64,000 bases of DNA, taken from IMG/VR virus record IMGVR_UViG_3300013004_000028; one strand, written 5' to 3'. The stretch comes from an uncultured virus (IMG/VR IMGVR_UViG_3300013004_000028) (Duplodnaviria; Heunggongvirae; Uroviricota; Caudoviricetes). Both the position numbers and the translations under genes were made by a program. Below are positions 29,374 through 38,679 of this stretch, piece by piece; within the stretch, counting starts at the first letter, position 1; every line of letters starts with the position of its first letter. A model generated the notes under the pieces. It was not told the DNA's origin and made no database searches. It was given only the letters and a program-made list of their open reading frames with translations.

Positions 29374-31010
29374 CTAGTACAGGTCATTAGATTCCTAGAC
29401 AATTCCTGAGCAGGATTAGCTGATCTTTGGTAATACAATGTTTTAATTCCCATCTTCCAAGCTTCGATTAGTAAGTCACTTACTTCTTTCGGCTTTATAT
29501 CTGGAGGAATCATAATATTCAAGCTCTGACTTTGATCAATAAATTTTTGTCTTTGAGCAGCTTGAATAATAATTTCTTTTTGACTGATTTCTCCAAAAGT
29601 TTTGAATACATCTTTTTCATCAGAAGAAAGAAAATCTAAATGTTGAACTGATCCACCTCTAATCAAAATGGATTTCCAAACTTCATCTGTATCATTCTTA
29701 TACTTCTTTAGAACTTCTTTGAGGAATGGATTCTTGAAAGTGAAAGATCCCTTAGCGAGTTTCTTTACAAAGTAATTACTATTTAAAGGTTCTATACTCG
29801 GAGATACTTGCCCCAAAATGAATGATGAAGAAGTGGTAGGAGCAACAGCAATTGTTGTTACGTTTCTTCTCCCATAACCCTTGAGGAGTTCTGGCTCTCC
29901 GAATAAATCTGCGAGCTTTTTAGAAGCTTCATCTGCTCTCTTTCTGATAGTATCCCATATATGAGAATTAAGCATCTTAGCCTCTAAAGATTCAAAAGCA
30001 ATCATTTGTGATTGTAGAAAAGAGTGCCATCCCAAAACTCCCATTCCTAAAGCTCTTTGATTTTTCGCAAATTCATGAGGAGCTTCCATAAATTTCATTC
30101 CTTGAGTTTTCTCAACAAACTCTTGATTTACAGTATCAAGGAAATAGATTAATGTCTCAATAGCATCAGTATTTCTAATCTCATCCCAATAAAGAAGATT
30201 CAAAGAAGATAAAACGCAAACAAAACTTTCATTACTGTTCGATTGAAGAGTTATTTCTGAACAAAGATTGCTTGAATTTATTTTGTATCCTTTATCTTTG
30301 TAAACTTGAGGAGCATTATTATTTACAGTATCAGTAAAGAAAATATATGGATACCCTGTTTCGAATCTTTTCTTTATAATCTTACCCCATATTCCTCTCT
30401 TATCTTTGTCCCCCTCTATCATCTTATTCATCCAGTCGTCTGTTATTGTTACACCAATGCTCATATTCTGAATAGCATGACCTTCAGAACGAATCATAAG
30501 GAACTCTTCAATATCTGGATGTTCGACGGGAAGATAGGCTGCAAAGCTACCTCTACGAGCCGATCCCTGACTAACTACATCTGAAACTTTATCAAAAAGC
30601 TCCATAAAATGTGCAGCTCCACTGGATTCTCCCCCAGAACTTATTTTAGAACCTCTTTTGCGAAGGTCTCCAAAATAACCTGAAGTACCTCCTCCCATTT
30701 TAGACATGATACCTACTTCGCCGACCTTCCAAAGAATATCGGTCATTGTATCATCCATATGGGAATTGAAACAAGAAACAGGAAGACCTCTCTTATTCCC
30801 ATAGTTAATCCACACTGGTGTACTTAAACTATAATATCCAAGAGAAGTGTACTTTTCAAACTTATCAGCAAACCCTTCAATGCCTAGAATATTCTCTGCA
30901 TTTTTAGCTATTTCTTTTACCCTCTCCTCTGGAGATACACCTTCTTCTAAATAGCCTCTCTCTAAAAAGAGACGGCTGTGGCTATTTAGCCATTTATAAG
31001 CTTTTTCCAT
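29361..31010 (-). CDS. nrdA: Class I ribonucleotide reductase alpha subunit (no ATP cone)
   Basis: LPVSCF, GGGTS, SNLCSEI, CVLSS, APTTSSS, SQSLN, KTLYY, C-terminal CTSCES. Confidence 0.95.
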   Translation of the reverse strand: MEKAYKWLNSHSRLFLERGYLEEGVSPEERVKEIAKNAENILGIEGFADKFEKYTSLGYYSLSTPVWINYGNKRGLPVSCFNSHMDDTMTDILWKVGEVGIMSKMGGGTSGYFGDLRKRGSKISSGGESSGAAHFMELFDKVSDVVSQGSARRGSFAAYLPVEHPDIEEFLMIRSEGHAIQNMSIGVTITDDWMNKMIEGDKDKRGIWGKIIKKRFETGYPYIFFTDTVNNNAPQVYKDKGYKINSSNLCSEITLQSNSNESFVCVLSSLNLLYWDEIRNTDAIETLIYFLDTVNQEFVEKTQGMKFMEAPHEFAKNQRALGMGVLGWHSFLQSQMIAFESLEAKMLNSHIWDTIRKRADEASKKLADLFGEPELLKGYGRRNVTTIAVAPTTSSSFILGQVSPSIEPLNSNYFVKKLAKGSFTFKNPFLKEVLKKYKNDTDEVWKSILIRGGSVQHLDFLSSDEKDVFKTFGEISQKEIIIQAAQRQKFIDQSQSLNIMIPPDIKPKEVSDLLIEAWKMGIKTLYYQRSANPAQELSRNLMTCTSCES

Positions 31011-31020
31011 AATCTAAAAC

Positions 31021-31048
31021 AGTATATGTACTACAATTAAAAAGTCAA
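31021..31048 (-). promoter_or_regulatory. Sigma70-like promoter of nrdA
   Basis: TTGACT-N16-TATACT, 10 nt upstream of the ATG. Confidence 0.6.
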
Positions 31049-31060
31049 GGTGTATCTGTA

Positions 31061-32032
31061 TTAAAACAAATCTTCTTCTCCAAAACTTTTATTTGATCTT
31101 GCGTACTCAGTCGGACGAGAATGAAAAAAATCAGTCATATTATTTCCATGCAGCTGCTCATCAAACCAATCTGTTTTAGAAATTAAATCTTGATCAACCT
31201 CGAATATCTTTTTATATCCGATACTAACCAATGATTCATTCATTCGATTTTTAATAAAATTCTTCAAAAGAGGAGAATTTAATTTTTCCGATTCGAGTCC
31301 ATTTAAAATCCAGTCAATAATTTCACATTCATATTTAACAGCTTGCTCAGATTCGTAAATTACTTTTGCTTCAAGCTCTTCGTCAAAAAACTCTGGATAT
31401 TCAGAACGAATAGTATTGATTATTTTAATTCCAACTATAGCATGGAGATTTTCTTCTCTAGAAGTATACTCTACTTGCTTGTTCGTATCCTTAAGGAGAT
31501 TCTTGTAACGACCAAACCAATTGATAATGTAAAATTGAGAAAACAATGCAATATTTTCAACAAATAAAGTGAAAAGAATTATAGAATATACGAACTGTTT
31601 TTTATTATCAGAATGAAACTTATGAAGATGTTTCCGAAGATAATTAACTCTACCTTTTACAATATCCAATTTTAAAGCATCATCAAAAGCAGTTTCCAAC
31701 CCTAGAACTTCTAAGAGTCTTTCATATGCGTCCCCGTGTATAACCTCTGTATTCGCCATAACGAAGCCTAGATCGCTCATGGAAGGGTGAGGTAGGTTAT
31801 CACCCAACTTAGACCAAAACTTTTTTACAGAAATTTCTAGCTGGCCAATCGTAGTTAAAGCTTTTACAATTATTTCTTTTTCCTTCTCAGAAAGCTTAAC
31901 TTTAAAATCTTGTAAGTCACTTTGGAAATTGAATTCTTTATTAGTCCAAAATCCATCATGCATTGCCGAAATAAATTCTTGGCTCCAAGGATAGTGATCT
32001 GGCTTCCTTGAGATTTGTTCTTCGAAAATCAT
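31061..32032 (-). CDS. nrdB: Class I ribonucleotide reductase beta subunit
   Basis: FW...E, EVIHGDAY, ENIALFSQF, REENLH, DFF..R.TEY. Confidence 0.95.
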   Translation of the reverse strand: MIFEEQISRKPDHYPWSQEFISAMHDGFWTNKEFNFQSDLQDFKVKLSEKEKEIIVKALTTIGQLEISVKKFWSKLGDNLPHPSMSDLGFVMANTEVIHGDAYERLLEVLGLETAFDDALKLDIVKGRVNYLRKHLHKFHSDNKKQFVYSIILFTLFVENIALFSQFYIINWFGRYKNLLKDTNKQVEYTSREENLHAIVGIKIINTIRSEYPEFFDEELEAKVIYESEQAVKYECEIIDWILNGLESEKLNSPLLKNFIKNRMNESLVSIGYKKIFEVDQDLISKTDWFDEQLHGNNMTDFFHSRPTEYARSNKSFGEEDLF

Positions 32033-32034
32033 AA

Positions 32035-32373
32035 TTAATTCTTTTTTATTTCTGAGGGATGAGCGACATTATACTTCTTTTTGTACTTTGCAACTTCTTT
32101 TTCAAGAATAGGGTCTTTACCTAGTTTATCTTTCCTCATATGGGAAAGTTCTTGAGCTCTATCCTGCAAATCTCCAATAGTTCCTTTTTTATTTGTTTTA
32201 TTTAAAAAGTCCCTAGAGGAAAAAGGATCAATTTTAGTATCTATACTCGTGTGAGGAATAGTCCAAACTCTATTCCATTGAACACCATTCTGTGCATATA
32301 CGTGTTCATCATTCATACCTTGAACGACTTCGATTCTCTCTTCGGAATCTGGATTTTCATAAATATATATCAT
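32035..32373 (-). CDS. FmdB-like small regulatory protein lacking the zinc cysteines
   Basis: M.Y.Y......E..E..Q.M.D.H pattern of FmdB-like proteins, but without CxxC. Confidence 0.5.
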   Translation of the reverse strand: MIYIYENPDSEERIEVVQGMNDEHVYAQNGVQWNRVWTIPHTSIDTKIDPFSSRDFLNKTNKKGTIGDLQDRAQELSHMRKDKLGKDPILEKEVAKYKKKYNVAHPSEIKKN

Positions 32374-32385
32374 AGGAATTGTATT

Positions 32386-32390
32386 TACAC
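32386..32390 (-). promoter_or_regulatory. GTGTA motif (putative phage promoter)
   Basis: AAAAGTGTAAATAC about 13 nt upstream of the ATG at 32373. Confidence 0.45.
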
Positions 32391-32394
32391 TTTT

Positions 32395-33012
32395 CTAAAT
32401 ATTTACAGAAATTTCTGGAGTTAATTTTAAAGAAAAAATTGGCAATCCTATATGGCTAGTAATACCTAAATCCAAAGCTTCTTTAGCATTTAAATACCAA
32501 TCTAAATCTTTTCTTTTATTTAATTCTTTTTTAAGCCATTCTTTATTTTTAGGGCCTTTTAAATGAGAAGAGATTACTTTAAGTATTTCTTCCTCCTCTT
32601 TCATTAAAGCATTAAAAAATTCTTTTTGCTCACTAGCTCTTCCATCTGGGATAGAAGAAACCTGAATACCATGCAGCATTAAACCTGCATATTCTCCCAT
32701 GAAACGAAAACCTTCATCCCCGAAACAGAAGACAAAAGCTCCAGCAGAGGAAGCTTCACCAGCCGTCATTGTAGCAATCTTTAAACCTTTTTTCCTAGCA
32801 GAATAAAGGATAGAAAGAATAGCTTTTAAAGATGAGATATCTCCTCCGGGAGACTCAATATGGATAGGAAAAAGTATTTGCTCCAGTTCTATGGCTTCAT
32901 TGATTCTATTACTTAAAGCTTTTACAGTTGTTGAAGAAAATTCTGTTAAGTAAAAACTTCTAGGCCCGTTTATTCCTTGAACAAAGTTTGGAGCATTTAT
33001 ATCCCATTTCAT
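32395..33012 (-). CDS. ClpP-like serine protease
   Basis: IESPGG, GEASSAG (catalytic Ser), LMLHG (His), DWYLNAKEALDLG. Confidence 0.85.
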   Translation of the reverse strand: MKWDINAPNFVQGINGPRSFYLTEFSSTTVKALSNRINEAIELEQILFPIHIESPGGDISSLKAILSILYSARKKGLKIATMTAGEASSAGAFVFCFGDEGFRFMGEYAGLMLHGIQVSSIPDGRASEQKEFFNALMKEEEEILKVISSHLKGPKNKEWLKKELNKRKDLDWYLNAKEALDLGITSHIGLPIFSLKLTPEISVNI

Positions 33013-34082
33013 ATTTTTGATAATAGTGTATCTACAGTATTTTGTACACTGAATACACTAGGAAGAGTTGATATAGTTTTTTCGCCAGAATTAAAAAATT
33101 CAACGGCTTCCAAAATTTTATCTTCTACTTCTTTATCATCAAAATCAAACATGTTCCCTTGATTAACTATATTACCTAATTTGAAAAAGGCATCATCATA
33201 AATAGGAATTTTCTGAGAAGGTTTTACAATAATAGCATTACCATTGTTAATAAAATCAGAATGAGCATGAGCATCCATTGCTACACAAACCTTGTTAAGA
33301 GAAAGCATATTAAACAAAGGAAGATTAAATCCTTCTGCGCCGGAAAGACCGGAAAGATCAATATCACAAGAATTCATTAGTTTGTTTACTTCTGAATTTT
33401 TATCTTGACGAGATATTAGATTAACATTCCAAGGAATAGATCCCTCAAAGATTTGATTCAAAATTTGTTCCCATTTTTCTCTCTCTATAAAAGGGTTATC
33501 TATTAAGCAATTTAATCTATATCTTTTATCATTACCGAAAAGCTTCTTCCATATTCTGATTATCTTTTCTGTATGTTTTCTTTTTTCAAATTTTCCAATA
33601 AGCAAAAAGTTAATAGCATCAACTCTTGGAACAAGAGGATCAGCTTTTACATGAATAGAATCAAAATAAGGATGGCAGACTCCTACATTTTCTAGACCTT
33701 CAGATTTAGCAACCTCATAAGAATAATTACTAGAAAACAATACCAAGTCATTATTTTTAATAATATTTTTTTCAACTTTAGTTAAAGTATCCGTTTCATG
33801 GAATGTCCATAAAATAGTTTTATCAGACAAACGTCTTTCAGATTCAATTAAATGCCAAAGTCTAATCGTAGGAAATTTACGAGAAAAATTGGCATGAGCT
33901 TTTTGACAACAGAATTGGAGCCAATCAAAAAATGGTTTATCAATATCGTAGGCTTTTAAATCTACTTGCCCGATAGGAAATATATTAGGAAGGAATTTTC
34001 TATCGAAAAACTCTTTCAATAATCCAAATGATACTTGACCAAAAGATAATCCATTAATTGGAACTTCTAAATTTATATTCAT
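33009..34082 (-). CDS. GT4-like glycosyltransferase
   Basis: GKFEKRK, SGAEGFNLP, AHSDF. Confidence 0.75.
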   Translation of the reverse strand: MNINLEVPINGLSFGQVSFGLLKEFFDRKFLPNIFPIGQVDLKAYDIDKPFFDWLQFCCQKAHANFSRKFPTIRLWHLIESERRLSDKTILWTFHETDTLTKVEKNIIKNNDLVLFSSNYSYEVAKSEGLENVGVCHPYFDSIHVKADPLVPRVDAINFLLIGKFEKRKHTEKIIRIWKKLFGNDKRYRLNCLIDNPFIEREKWEQILNQIFEGSIPWNVNLISRQDKNSEVNKLMNSCDIDLSGLSGAEGFNLPLFNMLSLNKVCVAMDAHAHSDFINNGNAIIVKPSQKIPIYDDAFFKLGNIVNQGNMFDFDDKEVEDKILEAVEFFNSGEKTISTLPSVFSVQNTVDTLLSKI

Positions 34083-34441
34083 TCTAAATCTTTTTTTAAA
34101 TTATACTGATCAATCTTTTCTTGTAAATTTGTTTCTCCCCTTAGAAAGCTTTCAATAATACAATAAGAAAGTCCGAGATCGTAAGCTTTATCTATATACA
34201 ATATTTCTGGAGTAAATGGTTTGTATTTTTTTAAAATATTTTTAATAACAAAAGAAAATTCATTATCATCTTTGCAGTTAAAGAATTTTTTTTCATTAGC
34301 TTCAATATAAGTTACAGATCTTTTATTAGAATCTGTAGATGAAATTATCTGAATACAAAAATATAAAAATTCACCACCTAAAGTTTCTGCAAACCCATTG
34401 GAGCTTTTTATTATATGAGATAAATAAAAATTGGTATTCAA
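34079..34441 (-). CDS. Hypothetical protein
   Basis: Overlapping junction with the downstream gene. Confidence 0.5.
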   Translation of the reverse strand: MNTNFYLSHIIKSSNGFAETLGGEFLYFCIQIISSTDSNKRSVTYIEANEKKFFNCKDDNEFSFVIKNILKKYKPFTPEILYIDKAYDLGLSYCIIESFLRGETNLQEKIDQYNLKKDLE

Positions 34442-34443
34442 TA

Positions 34444-34746
34444 TTAATTTTCCCTATGCTGGAAAGAAGTCAAAAAAAGATTATTTATGATAGTAGCAAC
34501 TATAGGACAATAAATAAAATTATTAATATCAAAACAAAGACAATACCAAAAAGTTAAACAAAAAATACAACCCATCAAATATCTAACTTTTCTGCATAGA
34601 TATCCTAGAATATTTTTACTCCCACCTTTTATATCTAAATATCTATACGCTATTGATCTTGGATAATCAAATATAGGAGCGAAGTTTAATAGAAAAAATA
34701 TGAATACACAAGCTGTAGCCGTTTTTAAAATTTCGATTATTTCCAT
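34444..34746 (-). CDS. Small membrane protein with a CxxC..FW motif
   Basis: Hydrophobic segments and LMGCIFCLTFW. Confidence 0.55.
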   Translation of the reverse strand: MEIIEILKTATACVFIFFLLNFAPIFDYPRSIAYRYLDIKGGSKNILGYLCRKVRYLMGCIFCLTFWYCLCFDINNFIYCPIVATIINNLFLTSFQHREN

Positions 34747-35087
34747 TTCTTTAAATCATTTAAGTCTTCTCTTCCTATTTCTTCAAAGTGAATAATTGCC
34801 ATCAAGTTAAATATTACAGCTGCAAGATGGTCTTCGTCTCTATCTCCTTTCCAATATTGCATTAAATGTCTAAATGCACTGGCAAAGAATCTTGAGAATG
34901 GCATCCCTTTTTCCCAATTCCATTCACCATATTTAACAGCTCCTCTTTCCATCAAAGAAGCTAATCTTGTCATCATAAAAGGAGAGATTAAATCGAATCT
35001 TGGTTTTCCTTCTTGAGTATCTCTTTTAGCTCCAGATTCAAAACTTTGTCTAGCTCCACTATCTTTTGTTTTAAAATTCATACTCAT
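34737..35087 (-). CDS. DUF5664-like dATP/dGTP diphosphohydrolase domain protein
   Basis: SGAKRD..GKPRFDLI, GAVKYG..NWEKG, RH, EDHLAA..FN. Confidence 0.8.
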   Translation of the reverse strand: MSMNFKTKDSGARQSFESGAKRDTQEGKPRFDLISPFMMTRLASLMERGAVKYGEWNWEKGMPFSRFFASAFRHLMQYWKGDRDEDHLAAVIFNLMAIIHFEEIGREDLNDLKKWK

Positions 35088-35115
35088 AAATTAATCTCTA
35101 TTTTTATAAAGTCAA
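35088..35115 (-). promoter_or_regulatory. Sigma70-like promoter (leaderless if the second Met at 35081 is used)
   Basis: TTGACT-N16-TAATTT. Confidence 0.45.
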
Positions 35116-35169
35116 TCTTATAATATGTCTCTTATATAAATATACTATATACATAAATACATAAAGAAA

Positions 35170-35570
35170 GAAGAGTAAGAAGCTTTCCTTCTAGTCAGGG
35201 GACTTCTTACCTACCTGTTTTTGAAAAAAAACAGAAGTATTTGTATGCCTGAACAAGTTTAAATCGCTTGCTTAAAAAAGTTTCCTTTAGTCAGTTTGGA
35301 CTCGCCTTTCAGCGACCCATGAGGTTTTTATTGACGTATCAAAATTGGATAGAAGCCCTTTACCCAACCGACTTGCTCATCTGCCCACTAGATTTATTAG
35401 ATCGTAGCTGTAGAAACTACTGAACAAGTACTCAAATTCTCAACTTCGGTGCACCCTTTCGGATGTTGGTGTTGACAAGTCCCGAGTCAGAGCACCATGC
35501 GATTTTCTTGAATGACATCCGGCTTTGGGAGTCCCGGACCCATTGCGGCAAATGAGGCCGCTATGTAAAA
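35170..35570 (-). ncRNA. Putative ~400-nt structured non-coding RNA, family not recognised
   Basis: ORF-free island, GC-richer than its flanks, with at least eight stems, two GAAA tetraloops and G-U pairs that favour the minus strand; TTGACA upstream at 35605..35610. Confidence 0.6.
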
Positions 35571-35581
35571 TTAACTTTCTT

Positions 35582-35610
35582 TATATAATGCCAAAATTTT
35601 CTTTTGTCAA
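35582..35610 (-). promoter_or_regulatory. Candidate promoter of the structured RNA
   Basis: Perfect TTGACA followed 16-17 nt later by TTATATAAA; the -10 match is imperfect. Confidence 0.45.
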
Positions 35611-35616
35611 GTACTT

Positions 35617-36891
35617 TTATGCAAAACCTTGCAAATCTACAATTTTATTTATACCCGCTAAATCATCTGTGCTAATCCCAAGAATACTGTAAGCTTCTTC
35701 TTCTGTCATTTCTTTTTTTAGAGTTATATCAGGAGGACTTCCATCAATTGTTGGTAGAGCTGTTTCCACTAAAATACTATTATAAAGTGAAATATTCTCA
35801 TATACATTTTTCATTATTAATTTATCTCCTAGTGTTTCCTTATATATTAAAATTACTTGATAAACGGATAAATTTTCTTTTCTGAAATAAACTATCTCTG
35901 TAGCATTTTTAAAAAGACCATCGTAAATATAAGATTGATTTAAATAATTGATTCTTTTTTCTATTTCTTCTCTAGCTGACTCTGCTATATAATCTATTGA
36001 TTTATTTATAAATAAAGGGCTAGAAAAATAACTTGAATTTTCAACTAATAAACGATTAGGCCCAGCTCTTCTACTAAAAGAGTAAGGAATTGTAACCTTT
36101 TCATCTTCTGTTTTTTCGCTCCACTCGGTCAAAGGATCGTCTTCAAATCCCTTTATAGTTTCTACTTCATAATAACCTGCTAGTCCATTAAAAAGACCAG
36201 CTTGATAATCTCCTGCATCTATAGGAAAGCCTATTGTTTTAGCTACACTTTTAAAATATATTTTTATATTTCTAGCTGATAAATCTCCTAACCTTAAATA
36301 CCTATGAGGACTTAAAACATTTGATCTCAAGAACGGTGTAATTTTTACTTCATTACCTTTAATTATTATACTTGCTATTTTTATATATATTTTACCTGCG
36401 TATTCAGAATCTTTTAAAATTTGAGTTCCTCCTAATTTTATAAAATTATCTTTTTGTTGAGTGTAAAGTATATTATTATCATAATACTCTACGAAATTTT
36501 CATCTGTAGATGTTATTATTGAAAATTGATTTATAAAATCCGAATGATTATTTTTGTCATCTAGCCACCAATTTATTTTACCGCCTAAAATTCCATCGCT
36601 AAAACCTGCTGGAACTTTAGGTATAGTTAAATAAACATCACAGCTTTCAGCTGTTTCAAATGTTTTTAAAAAAGATGTTCCTAATTCATAAGTAGTTTCT
36701 TCAAGGGAATTGAAGGGATAATAATTTTTTTTGTCTAAAGGATTATTTTTTATTTCGAAATTTAAATAGTTAGCTTTATAAGTATTTAATATAAATGAAT
36801 TTATATCTCCAGCATTTACTATAAAATTATATTTATTACCTTTTTTAGTACTCAAGATAACTTGAAATGGTAAATATGTTTGATTACTCAT
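35617..36891 (-). CDS. Hypothetical (probably virion-associated) protein
   Basis: End of the structural operon; shares an N-terminal PF..VN.G.I motif with the two upstream genes. Confidence 0.6.
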   Translation of the reverse strand: MSNQTYLPFQVILSTKKGNKYNFIVNAGDINSFILNTYKANYLNFEIKNNPLDKKNYYPFNSLEETTYELGTSFLKTFETAESCDVYLTIPKVPAGFSDGILGGKINWWLDDKNNHSDFINQFSIITSTDENFVEYYDNNILYTQQKDNFIKLGGTQILKDSEYAGKIYIKIASIIIKGNEVKITPFLRSNVLSPHRYLRLGDLSARNIKIYFKSVAKTIGFPIDAGDYQAGLFNGLAGYYEVETIKGFEDDPLTEWSEKTEDEKVTIPYSFSRRAGPNRLLVENSSYFSSPLFINKSIDYIAESAREEIEKRINYLNQSYIYDGLFKNATEIVYFRKENLSVYQVILIYKETLGDKLIMKNVYENISLYNSILVETALPTIDGSPPDITLKKEMTEEEAYSILGISTDDLAGINKIVDLQGFA

Positions 36892-37790
36892 TTTTTAAAA
36901 TTTTTATAATTTTTTTGATCAAAGTAAAATGGAAAATTAAACGCATAATCAAAATCAATTATTTGTTCTAATTTATCTTCTTTACTGCTATCTAAGTAAG
37001 CTATAGGTATTATTTTTTCACCATTTATTATAAAATTGTATTTATCTAGTTTTTCCTCTTCCTCTTTAGTTTGAGTTGAAGATTCTATAAATTCTATACT
37101 TACATCTGAAATAGGACAAGAAGCATTAACAAGCGGAGTTAAAATAGATGATCCGAGTAAAGTCGCTGGTTTAAAAACGAAGGGAGCATTATTTGAATCT
37201 GCAATTTGATAAAAAGCGCTTATATCAGGAGTCCAATTTTTTAAAAGATTCTGTTCTCGAAGTATAGATTCTTTCTCTATTTTTACAGCATCTTCATACC
37301 CTTCAGACGTAGGATCAAATAAAGTATATGAAGGTATATAATTACCTATTTTTATTCCAAGTTTTTCATCTTCCAATTGTATTAATTGTAAATCATTAGC
37401 TATATAATCTCTAATTATATCTTCTGTTAAATATTTTTTAATATAAATTTTGAAAAGATCGGATCTTTTAGAAAATGAAGATGATTCCCATTCATTTACA
37501 CTCTCTGCTAAAACAGAGTCTATATCTTTTAAAGTTATTCTTAAGCATATACATCCTTTAGCCGCCGTATCAATAGTATTAAATCCTATATTTCTTTTCT
37601 CTGCAAAAAAATTTAATCTTTTTTTAGAAAGTGTTTTTGGAACAAATACATTTTTTAAAGAGTTCGAAGCTGTACAAATTACTAATCCAAAATTAACAAA
37701 AACTTTTGTTACAATATTATTTTCTATTTTCTGGATAAAACAAGAAAATGGCTTCATAGGTTCTATATTTAATTTTTTCATTTTAAACAA
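36888..37790 (-). CDS. Hypothetical (probably virion-associated) protein
   Basis: KPFSCF...VFVNFGLV...IPIAYL...EQII motif shared with neighbours. Confidence 0.6.
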   Translation of the reverse strand: MFKMKKLNIEPMKPFSCFIQKIENNIVTKVFVNFGLVICTASNSLKNVFVPKTLSKKRLNFFAEKRNIGFNTIDTAAKGCICLRITLKDIDSVLAESVNEWESSSFSKRSDLFKIYIKKYLTEDIIRDYIANDLQLIQLEDEKLGIKIGNYIPSYTLFDPTSEGYEDAVKIEKESILREQNLLKNWTPDISAFYQIADSNNAPFVFKPATLLGSSILTPLVNASCPISDVSIEFIESSTQTKEEEEKLDKYNFIINGEKIIPIAYLDSSKEDKLEQIIDFDYAFNFPFYFDQKNYKNFKK

Positions 37791-38679
37791 TATTAGAATC
37801 TATAGTTATGCTGTTACCGTTATCAATACTTTCTATAAATCTGTTCTCTTCACTCGGAAAAATAAACTGTTTACTATAAGAAATAATATTTATATTTTTA
37901 TTATGTTTTATATATCCTCTTAATGAATTTTCAGATGACCTTCCCAGAAGAGTAGAAACTTGTTTTTTATTTCCTATAATTTTTTCATTTAATTCAAGCT
38001 TTTCATCTTCTAAAGTTTCACTAACATTTATATCATAAAATTCTGTATTCATTAATTCAAAAGAAGCTGAATCAAATAGTTCTGTTAAAGCATAGTTTTC
38101 ATTTAAGAATTGATCTACTGTCCATTCGCCTTTTTCATCTTTGTAAATAGATGCTACAATAGCTAAATTAATAGCATTTCCTCCCCAATATATTTCATCT
38201 CTATATAAATAATCTAATTCAGAATTTCTTTCTTCTGCATTTAAATCAAAACTTTCTAATTTAATATTAGAATCGCTTAAATTTTTTGTATTTCCCAAAA
38301 TTTCAAAATTACTTCTGTCTTCTTCATCTAAATAAGCCTTACAAGCTATCCATGCTTTGTCTAAAAATGGAATATAAGATGGTCCCGGAACCCATTTATC
38401 TGGAGGGTTAAAAGAAGCTAATATATATATATTTACTTTAAAATATTCAGATTTTAAAATAAAAGAAGTCTCCTTGATCGTTCCATTCCTTTCGCTTTTT
38501 CTTTCTTCATTTAAAAAAAAATCTAATTTAGGAAGAGGCTTGCCATATATATCACAAGTAACATTCCTATAATTTAAAGGATTATAAAAATTAAATACTT
38601 TTCCAGAATTTATCGCGAAGATATCTGAGTTATTTATTTTAAAAACTTCCGTCTTAAATGGATGGTATTGAATTGGCAT
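37783..38679 (-). CDS. Hypothetical (probably virion-associated) protein
   Basis: HPFK...FAINSGKV...IVASI...DQFL motif shared with neighbours. Confidence 0.6.
   Translation of the reverse strand: MPIQYHPFKTEVFKINNSDIFAINSGKVFNFYNPLNYRNVTCDIYGKPLPKLDFFLNEERKSERNGTIKETSFILKSEYFKVNIYILASFNPPDKWVPGPSYIPFLDKAWIACKAYLDEEDRSNFEILGNTKNLSDSNIKLESFDLNAEERNSELDYLYRDEIYWGGNAINLAIVASIYKDEKGEWTVDQFLNENYALTELFDSASFELMNTEFYDINVSETLEDEKLELNEKIIGNKKQVSTLLGRSSENSLRGYIKHNKNINIISYSKQFIFPSEENRFIESIDNGNSITIDSNIV

Noticed and set aside
14940..32032. Inteins or introns in dnaE, dnaB, recA or nrdA/B
   Set aside because: Protein lengths are compact, and no intein splice motifs or homing endonuclease inserts are visible.
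34737..35087. DUF5664-like gene as evidence of a 2-aminoadenine (Z) genome
   Set aside because: No PurZ is present in the window, and this domain is widespread in phages without Z-DNA.
35184..35300. CUGA...GAAA elements as a hammerhead ribozyme
   Set aside because: The core reads CUGACUA rather than CUGANGA, and the required three-stem junction is not apparent.
35170..35570. tRNA, tmRNA, RNase P or group I intron identity for the structured island
   Set aside because: No T-loop/CCA cloverleaf, tmRNA termini, GAGGAAAGUCC or P7 consensus found by eye, and the island does not interrupt a gene.
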